DNA from: Eledone cirrhosa
Taxonomy: Eukaryota
DNA: 64,000 nucleotides
NCBI GenBank assembly: GCA_964016885.1
Contig: OZ024741.1
Location: forward strand, 332,072,001-332,136,000
Direction of reading: 5' to 3'
Part shown: positions 28,992 through 43,360 of the stretch, piece after piece
Numbering within the stretch: the first letter of the stretch is position 1
Layout of the letters: every line of letters begins with the position of its first letter
Translations under genes and position numbers: made by a program
The notes under the pieces: generated by a model
Databases searched by the model: none
Told to the model about the DNA's origin: nothing
Seen by the model: only the letters and a program-made list of their open reading frames with translations

Positions 28992-29073
28992 TACAGGGTT
29001 TCCCCCAAAACCGTATACACACTTCAATAGCATTCTAATAAATATGTGCATACATATTTTTGGGACACTATGT
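28992..29073. mobile_element. Miniature Tc1/mariner-like MITE
   Basis: TA-cagggtttcccccaaaa ... ttttgggacactatg-TA imperfect inverted termini. Confidence 0.5.
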
Positions 29074-29847
29074 ATATATGCTTTTTTAAATATTTTATGT
29101 AAATTTATATTATATACTGTCAATTTATATTATATACACACACATGCATACATGGTGGCTGCCAACTCGTTTTCGAGTACCGCCACTACTTTATATCCTT
29201 GTAGGAGAACTCCTACCGATGCGCTGAACGAGTGTGACTTTTTAGTCCAGCCAGCGACTTGAAAACTCTGGTACAAACACTAGACTTGTGACAATTATTG
29301 ACACATAGTGCTGGGCTCATGGTACCATGTGACGACAAGTGCAGAGAGATCTCCAGATATAAAGCAATGCCTGTGCCGTGAAGCTTTTATAGTGAGCAAA
29401 GGCAGATGCACAAAGCCAGTCCCACTCTCTTAACCAAGATGATATTTACCAAAAAGAAGAACAAGTCAACATCATTGGATACCATCAGAGTTGCAGGTGT
29501 TATATCAGAGTTTTCCTTCTCCTAGAATTCTGCCTTGACAAAGGCTAAGGGGTCATCTCTCCCGGTGATTTTGGATGGCCATTGACTCTTAAGAGCTCCT
29601 TTGCCCTTTGACAGGTTTTGTTTTTAGTCCTGCAGGATGTCAAAAGTCACCCTCCTCACCAAGAAACCTTGGTGGGGTTGCCAGTTTAGTCGCCAACGAC
29701 CTGACCATGAGACAGGTTGTACTGGGATACATGTTACCAGTAGCACCAACTGGTGACTTGACATAAATACATACATACATACATACGTACGTAGGTGAGA
29801 AGTGAGTGTGTGGTGTGTAATTTGAAGTAGTCAAGTAGTCAATTTTA

Positions 29848-29905
<58 letters not shown>

Positions 29906-30555
29906 TATATTACTAAAACTTTTTTATTGTGTGCTTGTCTTTAATTTGATACAGCCAAAACAGCACATAATGGGAAAATACTTTGGAAGAAAGTACCCCG
30001 GAAATGGAAATACAAATGAAATAAGTTACATGTAAATCAAAGCACAGGTTCCTGAGATACGGAGTTTTTCCGGGCACTAGAAAGAAAGAAATGGTGGCTG
30101 TGAGAGAGTAGATAGAAAGAGGGGGCGGGGGAGATGGAGACAGAGAAGGAAAATGGAAGAGAGATAGAGAGAGCTGGTGGTGTTGTTGAATGGAATTATA
30201 ACTGGTGACTTCAAAGAATTGAATACATCATTACTGTATCTAAATCGAATTTGGTGACTGAATATTAAGTCATATGTATCAGTGAAGGTGTGTGGCTGAG
30301 TGATTAGAGAATTGGATTCGTAATCGTGAGGTTGTGAGTTCGATTCCTGGATAGGGTAATGCGTTATGTCCTTGAGCAAGACACTTTATTTCACGTTGGT
30401 TTTTCTACCTGGAGTTGCGACCGATAGATAATATTAGCAACTGGAAAGACCAACGGAAACATTGTTTCCGATTTGACGAAAAGTTGATCGACTTCCTATG
30501 TATCAGTGTTAGGACAGGATGTGTGTAGCAAATATTTCCTGCTAAATAGGAAGTG

Positions 30556-30598
<43 letters not shown>

Positions 30599-30693
30599 TG
30601 GTGGGGGGGTGACCAGTGTATGTCGGTCACAGACCCCACCCACCCCACCCACACACACATATATATGGTCCTTCCAATTTCATCTTACATTAT

Positions 30694-30955
30694 ATCACGC
30701 AGTAATACAGAGTACCCGACCTCCCATGGGTACAAGCTGAAGCATATAGACAATATGCCCCCACACCCTCCCACTGCAAAGTGGTCGTGGAGGAGCCACG
30801 GCAAAAAAGCACCCAGCCCACACTGTAAAGTGGACGTGTAGGCACCACGGAAAAAAGCACCCAGCACTCACTGTAAATGAGGTTGGTGTTAGGAAGGGCA
30901 TCCAGCTGTAAAAATCAACCCAAAATCAAACGGACGTAAAACGGTGATGATGATT
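30694..30955 (+). mobile_element. RTE subfamily A 3' UTR fragment
   Basis: Matches 5083-5305 plus the tail. Confidence 0.85.
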
Positions 30956-30959
30956 ATAT

Positions 30960-31062
30960 ACGTCTGTGTATATATTAATTATTTTAAAATTATTTTTAAG
31001 TGAACATGATTTTAAAAAAATACTTTTAAGTAATTGTGACCCAACAGGTCACGGGTGATCTA

Positions 31063-31063
<1 letters not shown>
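30960..31063 (+). mobile_element. Helitron 3' end; an inverted relative lies at ~15862-15965
   Basis: gtgacc-caaca-ggtcac hairpin followed by CTAG|T. Confidence 0.55.
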
Positions 31064-31125
<62 letters not shown>

Positions 31126-31612
31126 TATATATGTGTGTATGTATATCATCAGTTTTATGTGTGTACCAGCTCAGTCTTCTCTCATGCACAGTACATCTGG
31201 TTCTTCTTATATTCAGTTCCTCTTTGAGTTCATTAGTGGTGTGTCATTTATAAACACTAGTATTACACATCGAACAGAGTATACAGTCACACATCTACAT
31301 TCAATATCCATGTCTCACTACGATGCACAAAAAAAAGATACTTCATACAATCTACACTTTCTCCCCTCCACCCCTCCATAAGAAGAAATTGTGAATTTTC
31401 TTCATCAAATCAGTGATTTCTTTAATACTCTAGTTATAACGTTTGTGTATGAGAAATATTATAAATTATCTTAGCCCAATGCAGCTGTAGTGAATTATAA
31501 TGATGTTTATTTCTAAATATTTCTTTTATTCAATCTTATTTTAAGTTAATAACTATTTATATTTTAAAAATTAGTATTCTTTTCCTTATTTTGTATAATC
31601 AACTTAATCCAG

Positions 31613-31719
31613 GGCTTTTTCACTCCTCTTGAAGGAACCCCTCCATGGTTGATTTCCACCACTTTCTGTTTGGTTTTGGTTGTCAGCAGTGTAGCCGTAC
31701 TCACCACACTTGGCCAGTT
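31613..31719 (+). CDS. Candidate exon 4 of the host gene (hydrophobic segment)
   Basis: aacttaatccag| acceptor, phase 0, GFFTPLEGTPPWLISTTFCLVLVVSSVAVLTTLGQ; possible donor TT|gtgggt, otherwise read-through to a stop at ~31756. Confidence 0.55.
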
Positions 31720-31900
31720 GTGGGTTGGCATTTTGTATAAGCACCATAAAATTTGACATTCCTAATAGTCACTCTAATTCTGACTAATTCTTAAGTGGAA
31801 TTTCGAAATGGGTATATCACTATAAATCTTATGTTGTAGCAGGTCAGTGACATCCAATGCCCCCCACCGTCATTAAATGGAGCCTATCCTTTCTTCAGAT

Positions 31901-32128
31901 TTAACCCTTTAGTATTTAAACCGGCCGTATCCAGCCAGAATTCTCTCACCTCTTTCTGTTCAAACTGGCTATAACTGGCCACTCATACCGACGTTAAGGT
32001 ATTGTTCACAAAAATATAATATCAAAATCACATAGATTCGATATTATGGGAGATAATTATATGTGATAAAGCCTTTGCTGCAAAAATACAATAGTGAATA
32101 TAGAATAATGTAAATGCGAAAGGTTTAA
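31901..32128. mobile_element. piggyBac-like MITE
   Basis: TTAA-ccctttag ... cgaaaggt-TTAA termini. Confidence 0.5.
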
Positions 32129-32901
32129 ACAGAGCTGATTTCTTCAAAGAGAGAGAGAAATATATAAGAAAAATCAACCCCAGTATTTGACTGGTATTTT
32201 ATTTATTAACCTCATAAGTCAAACATGGGCAGAGAATGCAAGGTATACATGAAGGCTGGAGAGAAATGAAGTGATTATGCTTTGATGAATGTGTGATGTT
32301 AATGTGCACAAGCGGTAAAGCATGGAAGAGCTGAGAGAGAAATAGATTATAAGAAGAATTAAATGTAGGGTGCAAGGGGGAAGACTGTGCTGGTATGGAC
32401 TTGTGATGCATATGGATGATGATCTTTGGCCAGGTGTTATAAGTGGAGGGAAGCTGAAGTAGAGAAAACCCGTTCATTTCATGCAAGCCTGGAAAAACAT
32501 ATGTAAAAGAAAAAAAAATTATGGTGGAAAGGAAGAAAAGTAAAGTTGATCTTGGCAAGATTGGAACTCAGGCCACTGAAAGCCAGAACGAATATCCCAA
32601 AGCATTATATCCAACATTCTAAATATTTCACCAATTATCTTGATGCTAAGGTAGGGGTCATTAAAATAGCTACTGGCTAAATTAATTCTAAATTAATAAC
32701 TATACTTATTAATTAAAACAGTTATAAATAGGTCCCTTAATTATGTGTGTATGTATGAGTGTGTGTATATATGTGTGTGTTTGAATGTTTATGTGTGTGT
32801 TTGAGGTATTACTTGTAGTGGCACTGCTAGGTAGCTCTCACCTCCCCTTTTTTTCAACTCTTTCATTACCATATTCCTAATAAAATACCCTGTCTATGTC
32901 T

Positions 32902-33313
32902 TTAACCCTTTCATTAGCATATTCTTAATGAAATTACTTGCATATATATTTAACTCTTTCAGAACTCTTCCTACATATTTAACCCTTTCATTGCCATACT
33001 CCTAATGAAATACACTGCCTATGTCTTTAACCCTTTCATTATCAGATTTCTAATGAAATACGATGTCTATTTGTTTCAATTAATCCTTAAAATAACCAAT
33101 CATTTGGAGGAATTTATTAAAATACCCAAGCTTTTCATTATTAAGCTGACATTTAGAACATTATTATGATGGAATGTTTTAATATAATGGTTAAAATTTT
33201 AAAATGAACAAGTTTCAAGTCATAAATCCAGACCAGTTTCAGGCAGTTTGATATCAGAAGAGTTAATTGGAATACAATATATTTCATTGGAAATATGAAC
33301 ATGAAAGGGTTAA
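32902..33313. mobile_element. piggyBac-like MITE with reiterated left end; relatives at ~6070, 13800, 20200, 57720, 59180, 61776
   Basis: ttaaccctttcat occurs three times and atgaaagggttaa closes the right end; internal sequence is shared with the listed loci. Confidence 0.55.
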
Positions 33314-34445
33314 ATGAAGATTTTGAACCTCAAAGTTGAGGTGAAGTGTTGGAAATAATCCTTAGAATATTCTAGAAACATTATTAGATTATTCGACTTT
33401 ACATTGAGAAGACTAGAGGATATTCTCTCTTAGAAAATACAGAAGAATCATAGGGAGTCAACATTTACTTGAATCAGAGGAAAAGTCTTATACACACAGA
33501 TGTACATAAACAACCATAATAATATACCATGTATCTTTGTAGATTCATTTATATATTCCTGTCTATGACTCTAAAATGTACAAAAAATACACACATATAC
33601 ACACAATTACATTTGTTAATAAAAGTTTCTAAAATAAAAGCATGATGGAAGGTATTAATATAGGGATAAACATATTAAAATGTGCAAGTTTTGTTTCATA
33701 AATCCAGGCCAGTTTCAAGCAGATTGATATCAAAAGGGTTAATTTAATTTCAATATCTCTGTTTCTTATTTCTTCCACTAGACACTAACATAACAAATTA
33801 CATTCTGTGCCAAATGCCAGCTCATACATTAGTTGTGGTTAACACATACATACAGGAGTGAACGAGGTACAGAGGGTGTGAGTGAGTGAGTGTGTGTGTG
33901 TTTTGCATATACACATCATCATCATCATCCTCATCATGATTTGAGCTTATATCTGCCTTTTCCATACTTGCATGGGTTGGACAAGACCTTTGAGGCAGGT
34001 CTTTCTACAAAGAGTAGTTCTGCTAGAGAGTAGTAAATATTATACACCAAGCCAAGAATGATGAAACACAAAGTTGGGCCCAAGAAGATTTTGAGTTCAG
34101 AAGCCAAGGAGCCAGGATAAACATTGCAAGACATTTTGTCTAATGTGTGACCAATTCTACCAACACTGAGTAGCTTATTCTACCCAGAATATATATTTGC
34201 ATTTGTACCCATAATTTATGGAGCATTAGTTTCCTCATTATCATCATCATCAATTAACATTCACTTTCCATTCTGGGATGGATTGTATGTCAATGAAAAG
34301 TCTTAAAGGGAGGGCGAGATGGCTGGCAGAACAGAAAAGGTGGCGCTAAGAAAGATAGGGTATAAAGAAATGTGTGATGTATGTATGTTTATCATCATCA
34401 CCATTTAACTCTTATTTTCCATGCTTGCATGGTCTCCCCCCCCCC

Positions 34446-34476
<31 letters not shown>

Positions 34477-34477
34477 G

Positions 34478-34717
<240 letters not shown>

Positions 34718-34976
34718 GAAAAGAGGAGTCAGGGGGTCCTGACACTTTTCCTATTACCCACTCTACTACCTTAGTCCACCTGCTATCTTACCACACTCTC
34801 TTTGTTTTATATATATATATATACATACATACATACACATATATATATAACAGTCACATATGTACATAGAGATGTGTGTGACTTCACATGTGTTTCTATA
34901 TTTGCATATTTATAGAAAGTCGAGTGAGAAAAACATAAACATATATGTATGTGTATTTACTCATATATATTTATAT

Positions 34977-35013
<37 letters not shown>

Positions 35014-35337
35014 CATACATGCACATACACATGCAGATTAATAACTTGTTATATGACTAGCTTGTCTTACTTGTAACTTGTCATTTAAGATTACATTCAT
35101 ACACACATATAAACACACATATATACATACATATAAACACACATGGATATACACACATATATATATATATATATACATACACACATACATATGCATATAT
35201 ATGCATTTACAAACACATTCACACACACGCACACACACATATATATAAATATATATTTGCATACACACAAACACACACATATATATATATATATATATAT
35301 GTGTGTGTTTGTGTGTATGCAAATATATATATATATA

Positions 35338-35690
35338 TGGAGGCACATGGCTTAGTGGTTAGAGCATTAGCCTTGCAATCGAAAGGTTGTGAGTTCAATT
35401 CTCAGACCGGGTGATGTGTTGTTTCCTTGAGCAAGACACTTTATTTCACATTGCTCCAGTTTACTCAGCTGTAGAAATGAGATGATAGGGACTGGGGTCC
35501 ATATCATTCCACTGCAAAGTGGTCGTGGAGGTGCCACAGCAAAAAAGCACCCAGCACTCACTGTAAATGAGGTTGGTGTTAGGAAGGGCATCCAGCTGTA
35601 GAAATCAAGCCAGTATCAGTTCCCGTCCCACCTTTGCAAGCAGGGAAAAAGCGGATGTAAAATGAAATGATGAATGATGATGATACATAC
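35338..35690 (+). mobile_element. SINE head joined to an RTE-type 3' tail
   Basis: A/B boxes and ccttgagcaagacac at 35338-35480, then RTE 3' UTR sequence (gtggtcgtggaggtgcc..gttggtgttaggaagggcatcc) and GAT repeats. Confidence 0.7.
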
Positions 35691-35744
35691 GTGGAAAAGT
35701 AAGAAATCGGAGAATAGACCGTTAAAACATGTTTATGTAAAACA

Positions 35745-35784
35745 GCACCTACGTACGTTTCGCCCAGTTGGGCTTCTCAAGGGC
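35745..35784 (-). ncRNA. Hammerhead ribozyme, U3-A8 core variant
   Basis: Minus strand gccc-TTGAGAA-GCCC aact GGGC-GAAA-CGTACG-T-A-ggtgc; palindromic stem III ACGTACGT and GUA triplet; stem I imperfect. Confidence 0.6.
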
Positions 35785-35907
35785 ATAAATAACCAAAAGT
35801 GTTCCTTACATTGCTCGGAAAGAGGTTTTGGGGTTAAATTCACGTCAAGGTTCATTGCTCGCAAAAAATAATGTGTTTTGATTTTGCAGCAGGTCAATAT
35901 ATATATA

Positions 35908-35953
<46 letters not shown>

Positions 35954-35991
35954 AGGAAATTGTAGTTTACTTGAAGCATTGCGTAATGAGG

Positions 35992-37491
35992 TATAAACGT
36001 TTGGAGTCAGAATGTCAGAACAATGCAGGTATGGATATAGAATATAAATACAAATGCAAAAGATATTGCTGACAATTAGTCTTTTACCTTAAATTTATTT
36101 GAATATCCTTAATTTCGGAGGGAAGTAAAGTGTTGTAATTAGCTTGCCAAGTCATGCTGACAGGAAATAGCAAAGAAATTCCATTCTATTTCTAATGGCA
36201 AAGAGTGAAGGTTAGGTGGATAAAGGGTTGTCTCCTTTTAAAAGGGTTTGGACATGTATGTCTAAGTGTGTGTGGGAGAATACGTGAAGGTGTAAGCATG
36301 CGTGTGTGTGTGAGTGTGAGCGGACATGTTTATATGTAAATGTGGGGGCTAAATGCTCTATCATGTTAAAACTGCTCTATGTGTGTGTATGTGTGTGTGG
36401 GAGAGAGAATAAGTGAAGGTGTAAGAGTGCGTGTGTGTGTGTGAGATGGTACGTGTAGGTGTAAGTGTGAGGCTAGGTGTTCTATCATGTTAAAAATTGG
36501 TTGTTGAGTTCTAGTCTATTATTGATTGGGGGTTGTGTTTTGTCTATAATAAGTGCTTCTTTAATTCTAAGATTGCCAAGGTTTCTTTCCTTAGCTTCTA
36601 TCCTAACTATTATGTTTTTGTCGGTGTTTTGCATTTCACTAGGTGTTTCTTAAATGAGGAAGAGTTAGTGTTGAGGTGTTCTTTTATTCTAATGTGAAGT
36701 GGTCTGGTGGTGCTACCTGTGCAGAAATTGCTGCATTTGTCGCACTCTAATCTGTATATGATGTAAGCCTGGTGACATAGGTCTGTGTCGTCGATGGGGC
36801 AGTTGGCTAGCCTGCAGCGGTTGTCATGTCTGGTGGAGTGTCTTTTGGTTAGCTGTCCGCGTAGAGAAGGTCCTGAGTGGGCTAGCTGGATATCTAGTCC
36901 CTCTCATCTAATAGCTCTGCGGATGGCTGTTGTTGTTTCATCACTGAAGTGTTGGAGCTTCAGGAAACAGGTGTTAGTGCCTCGGGTGTGGTGTCCTCTC
37001 TTGTTTCTGGTACGGTTCGCAGTGGACGTCGGGTATCCGTTCAGTTTAAATACTTCCAGGAAATGTGTAGTGTGTGTGTCCCGGTCTCTTGCGTCGGTGC
37101 ATTTGTTCTGGATATGTGTTAGTTCGTTCCTTATGTATCCAAACTTAACGCTGACTGGGAGGGCTGATCTGAAATGTATGAACAGGTCCCTGCTGGTGGC
37201 TTTTTTATAGAAGCAGGTGTGGATGTCACATTCCTCTGTTACCCTGAGTTGAAAGTCCATTGGAAATAGAATGGAATTTCTTTACTATTTCCTGTCAGCA
37301 TGACTTGGCAAGCTAATTAGAACACTGGATTAACCCCTTTACTTCCCTCCGAAGAAGAGATATTATCTTGAAAATTAAGGATATTCAAATAAATTTAAGG
37401 TAAAAGACTAATTGTCAGCAATATCTTTTGCATTTGTATTTATATTCTATATCTATGCCTACATTGTTCTGGCCTTCTGACTCCAAACGTT

Positions 37492-37495
<4 letters not shown>
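35992..37495 (-). mobile_element. 5'-truncated Penelope-like element with inverted pseudo-LTRs
   Basis: Core 36485-37260 encodes RT C-terminus (FYKKATSRDLFIHFRSALP...FKLNGYP) and GIY-YIG (IIYRLECDKCSNFCTGSTTRPLHIRIKEH...RIKEALII); 35992-36198 is inverted relative to 37257-37495. Confidence 0.88.
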
Positions 37496-37529
<34 letters not shown>

Positions 37530-37867
37530 ATTATATATATATATATAAATAGGAAAAAGTATGACCCACTCTACTACCCTAAGTATTGAGTACTCTGGTG
37601 CGTTATGGTCCATCTGGTTCCTTACCACAACTCCTTCGTTTTATATATATATATACATATACACAGCATATATATAAATGTATGTATGTGTGATTAGCAG
37701 CATATTTTGTATTCTTTCCTTGTTTGTCTGATATTTCCATTCTTTAATTTTTATATTTATTCCTTAAATATATTTTCTAGACAGCTTTTTAAACCTTTTT
37801 CTTTGTTTGTCCTTTTATATCCATCTTCCTATAGTCAGTTTATTTTCATTTCCCTTACAACTCTCTC

Positions 37868-38341
<474 letters not shown>

Positions 38342-39655
38342 TCCTTTCATATGATTTCATATTTCTCTAACATTCTTTCTCAATATTGTATCTGTTTTTC
38401 TTCAAATATATATCCAGATTTATTTTTAAATTATGTTTTAAAATGATTTTTGTTTTGTAATCTTTTAATTTTGTTTATCAATATCTGCCGATATATATAT
38501 TGTGTTTCATCGTAGTTAGGTTGTAGTTAGAAGAGAATTTAAGATTTTTAAAAATCAACAAATAAAAAAACAATAACAAAAAACCTATGTAAAAACCTAT
38601 GTAAAAATCTGTGTAAAAATCTATAATAAAAATCAGTTGTTTGAATTTTAAATTTAAGTTGTAAATCTAATTTATAGTTTGTATTCTGCCAATATGTATG
38701 CAAATCCATCAAAAACCCTGAAGGAGCTTTTAAAGCCTGGTAAATTGAAAAACTTCAGTTTCTATTTAAATTTTGGAGATGAGGAATTATCATTATTATG
38801 ATTGGCAGTGAGTTCAAATCCCACCGAGGTTAACTTTGCCTTTCATCCTTACGGGGTCGATAAAATAAAGCACCAGTAATACACCGGGATAATTGCTGGC
38901 CTTGTGCCAAAAGTAGAAACAATTATTATGCCATACCATGCCATGGGTACTTAACTCTTGATGAAGTCGTAGGGGTGCCATCGTTACATATGAGAATTGA
39001 GAATTTAGACCTATATCCTTCTCCAGGTCAGGACACAGCAGATTTTTTCCAGACAGAGAGAGTGGGGGGGGGGGACGACCACAGTATTAAACTGGTACTT
39101 TATCAGTGGAGATGGCAATAAACTGGGAGTGCTATTGATTGAATCGACCGACATGATCCCAGACCTCATTCGCTTACCAAGTGGGGTGGAACTCATCAAA
39201 TTGGACCAAGGAAACAGTGTTTCCAATGGTCTTCCCAATCGTTGATGCTATCTACCGGTTGTAACTCCTGGCAGAAGGAGCAACATGAAGAAAAGCGTCT
39301 TATTCAAGGACATAATGCATCGATTGGTCTGGGATTTGAACTCGCAACCTCATGATTGCAAATCCAATTCTCTAATCACTAAACCATGTGCCTTCACTTC
39401 TGAAGGTAGTGCTGGTACCACAATAAAATGCACCAAGTGCATCCTATTATGTGGTTGGTGTTAGGAGGGGCATCCAGCCATAGAAACTATGCCAAATATG
39501 GACCATATGATCAATATGTGGTCTCTCTGAGCCATTTAGTCTCAGACAGTACAACCCATACTGATATGGAAAGAGGACACATGATGTTGATGTTTGACTC
39601 AGGAATCAACCTCTTGACCATGAGGTAAACTAGAACACTGAAACATTTAATATGT

Positions 39656-39858
39656 ATGAGGGTCAGCTGAAAAGTTCAAAAGCTGACCAAGATACTGTCA
39701 TGGAATGACCAAATGAGGTTTATTTTTCAACATAGTCCTTGAAAAGAAACAATGCAGTTATTAATAAGAAGAGTTGAAATTAATACATGCAAGATTTCAC
39801 AGCTTTAGCAACATTCCTTCATAGTCAGCCTATGAACCTTTTAACCCACCCTCGTGTA
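39656..39858. mobile_element. Mariner-like MITE
   Basis: tatgagggtcagctgaaaagttcaaaagctgac / gtcagcctatgaaccttttaacccaccctcgtgta imperfect TIRs. Confidence 0.65.
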
Positions 39859-40385
39859 TTGGGAATGGTGGAATAGCAGAATTGATAGAGCATCCAATAA
39901 AATGACATTAAAAGGTTCTCTCCCAGAACATATCAACACATGTAACCCATGCTGGCATGGAATATAGACAAAGTTTTAAAATAGTTTTCATGCTTCCAAA
40001 ATTAGCCACAATTAAGACACATTGCTATTATTTTCAAGAATAAAGAATTCCTGAAAAAAAACCCCAGAAAACTGCTTAACTTTTGACTATAGATTGACTT
40101 CGACCGTAAATACACTGAACCCAGTGCTTTTTAAGAATCCTTAGATCAGCTTCCATATTCACATGAAACAAAGAAATAGTTAAAACCATTAGCTCAGATC
40201 TAACAACTTCGTTTATATGGCTTCTAAACTATTGATTCCTTTTGTATAATTCTTTCAAATCTCTCTCTCCCTTCCTCAACCTCAATCCACCACCACCACT
40301 GCTGTCACTTTTCTATTTGTCTCTATGACATATACTCTCTCTTTCTTTCTTTCCACCCTCTTCTGTTTGTAATTATCTGTACAAT

Positions 40386-40438
<53 letters not shown>

Positions 40439-40562
40439 CTTCACCCTCTCCTGTTTGTAACTATCTCTACAACACCTTCTCTCTCTCTCTCTATCCCCTC
40501 TCATTTGTATAACAACTCTCTCTCTGTTTGTCTGTGTAACTATCTGTACAACAGTCTCTCTC

Positions 40563-40642
<80 letters not shown>

Positions 40643-41454
40643 TCTCTCTCTCTTTCTCTCACTCTTTCTGTCTCTTTTATTCTGAAACTAAGTTTAACCT
40701 CTTCAATAAAACTTTACCTTCTATCTATATCAGCCTTCGATATTACAAGGTCTACTGCTAGAATTAAACCACAGAAAGCAACCAGTTTTAGATTTTAGGA
40801 GGGCAGAAAATAAAGGACTTAAGAATTGTAGAAAATATTTCTTGATATTCAAAGGTTTGATTCGGAATAAAACAGCAAACAAATAAGAAAAAACTATTAA
40901 TTCTTTGAAAATATTCAATGAAATCAGAACAAAAATGCTACCCAAGGTTTCAAGACCCAAATTTAACCATACTTCCAGAATCAAATTAGTGGCCTTTCTT
41001 CAGGTGCTTATTCGAGTTTATAAGATACCTTTAAAAAGTATCTTGCTAAAAACGTATTTTAACAAACCGAGATAACTCCAAAATGTAAATTTGAAATCCT
41101 TCACATGTTTCTATTTGTAGTGTATAGCAGAAGTATTGTATTATGTGATGGAATGTAATAAAGAGATGGCAATATTTATTAAGATATGGAATTGAGTAGT
41201 ATAAAAAGTGTATTGTATTATGTAAGTGTGGAAAGATAAAGATAAGATATAATAGTTTCTACTTTTGGCACAAGGCCAGCAATTACCCAGTGTAATACTG
41301 GTACTTTATTTTATCGACCCCGTAAGGATGAAAGGCAAAGTTAACCTCGGCAGCATTTGAACTCAGAATGGCAAGGGCCGTAACTCTTTGCGTCATGAAA
41401 GCATATAAATCAATTTAAGGTGGTTGAAAATCAATCAAATTTGTTTGAGTAACA

Positions 41455-42055
41455 ATCACTTGGGTCTTGAGATGGAGGCATCCTCTAAAAATTTCCCTCC
41501 GAGTTCAAATAATATTGTTCAGAGATGACAAACCTTGTAATATCCTAAATTTCTCACTCAGAGATGACATTTCTTGGTACAATTGGTGTAAGGACTGGAT
41601 CTTTCAAGTATCTTCCAAGAGATCTTATGTGGGGCTCCTTTCTCTTTTAATTGCCATACTTTTTGCACTAGGGCTGTACTGGTTCTCACATCAGAATTCC
41701 TGATGGAGAGGAGATGCATGTAAAAACGTTGTTTAAAGCGATCTTGCATCCTACAGACTTATCTTTTGCTAACTTCAGAATTGTCTGTGTTATTATGTGT
41801 AATCTCTGCCTCATACACAAACGATTTGATATTACAATTCTGTTGGAGTGGGCAGTTCTCTTTAATCCTACAAGAGCAGCTATGATTATCGTTGGGTATA
41901 TTCTTTGCAGTAATATTTGATCTCATAGACAAGCCACATAAATAGGATATCTTGACGGAATTATGATTGAATATTTTACTATATCTATGTTGTGGTGAGA
42001 AACCTATTATCAAATAAATCTAAAAATGTCTTACTTACATTAGTGTTTACTAAGT
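41455..42055 (-). pseudogene. Penelope-like element GIY-YIG remnant with Cys-rich linker
   Basis: SKIFNHNSVKISY..CSCRIKENCPLQQNC.IKSFVYEAEI...FKQRFYMH...TSTAL..VWQLK...ISWKILE.SSPY...KKCHL, with in-frame stops. Confidence 0.8.
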
Positions 42056-42484
42056 CTGTGGAATGCTCAGCCACTTGCAAGTTAATTTCATAAGAAAGAA
42101 TGTTATATTGTATTGATTGAATGACAGGGACACTCATAATCAAAACCCGATGTTCCATTTGAATGGGATAAAACGAACAAGAGAATGGCAGGGAGTTGAA
42201 AAATAATCATCTAGATCCTTGAAAAATATATAGAAATAGATAAATGTATTTCGCTAGAAATATTCATAACATTGCTCATGATCAAACATTAGAAATATAG
42301 AACTAAAATAGCTAACACTTTCAGAAAAAGTTTTTAAAAATATACAAGTAATGAAATACATATTTTCTTATATATTTATTCCATCTGTTAAAATGAAAGA
42401 AGAAAGGGTGAATATATCATTTTATACAAACACTGTAAACATTCACTTTTCATTCATAACATATTAAACAATCTGCATCCTCAT

Positions 42485-42528
<44 letters not shown>

Positions 42529-42531
<3 letters not shown>

Positions 42532-43301
42532 TCATCATCATCATCAACGTTTAACGTCCGTGTTCCACGCTTGCATGGGTTTGGACGGGGGTATTCCCAC
42601 TTGAGGCAAGAGTGATTGTCTTGCTCGCATAGGACTGTCTTGCAGGTTTTCTACAGTTGGATGCCCTTCCTAACACCAACCACATTTACAGTGTGGGACT
42701 GGGAGGTTTTTACCGTGTTGCCTACACGGCCACATTACAGCGTGGACTGTGTGGTTTTTTTGTCGTGACACCTACACGATCTCATTTGTTTCGGCCTGGA
42801 TGTTGTGGCACCAACATAACTTTACATAGGAGGGGGTGGTGTGGATGGGGGTGTGGGTGGTGGGACGGGGGTGTATTTTGTTAGAGATGCCTACTGGCTG
42901 TAGTAGGTTTTACTATGTATTTAGGTAAGGCGGGTCTTCTCTATTACTGAGTACCGCCAAAGGTCTCGGTCCAGTGACATTGTCTTGGAGAGGTGTAAGT
43001 GTGTGAGGTCGGAATTTAGCAAGTCATCCCAGGATTTTCTAGGTCTGCCTATTCCGTGGCTACCGTCTATCTTTATTGCCCTGCACTTTGTTATACAGCT
43101 ATCGACTTTCATGCGCATCACGTGTCCGTACCAACGTAGCCTTCTCTCGAGTAAACAACATCTGATCCCTCTTATTTCTAATTTTTTCCTTAGTTCGTTT
43201 ATGCTTTGCCGTTCACGTATATTACTATTGCACATCCAGTGGAGCATACAAGCTTCGTTCCTCTCTAGTCTGCGTATATTCTCTGCGCACAATGCCCAGG
43301 T
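42529..43301 (-). mobile_element. RTE LINE 3' end (subfamily B)
   Basis: ORF 42921-43292 is nearly identical to 3794-4222; (GAT)n tail; (TA)n flanks. Confidence 0.92.
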
Positions 43302-43360
43302 ATATATATATATATATATATTATATTAATAAATGGAAACTATATTTATAAAACCATATT

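Noticed and set aside
39100-39245. GC-balanced unique segment as a possible exon
   Set aside because: No convincing splice sites or phase fit with the candidate gene, and no recognisable motif.
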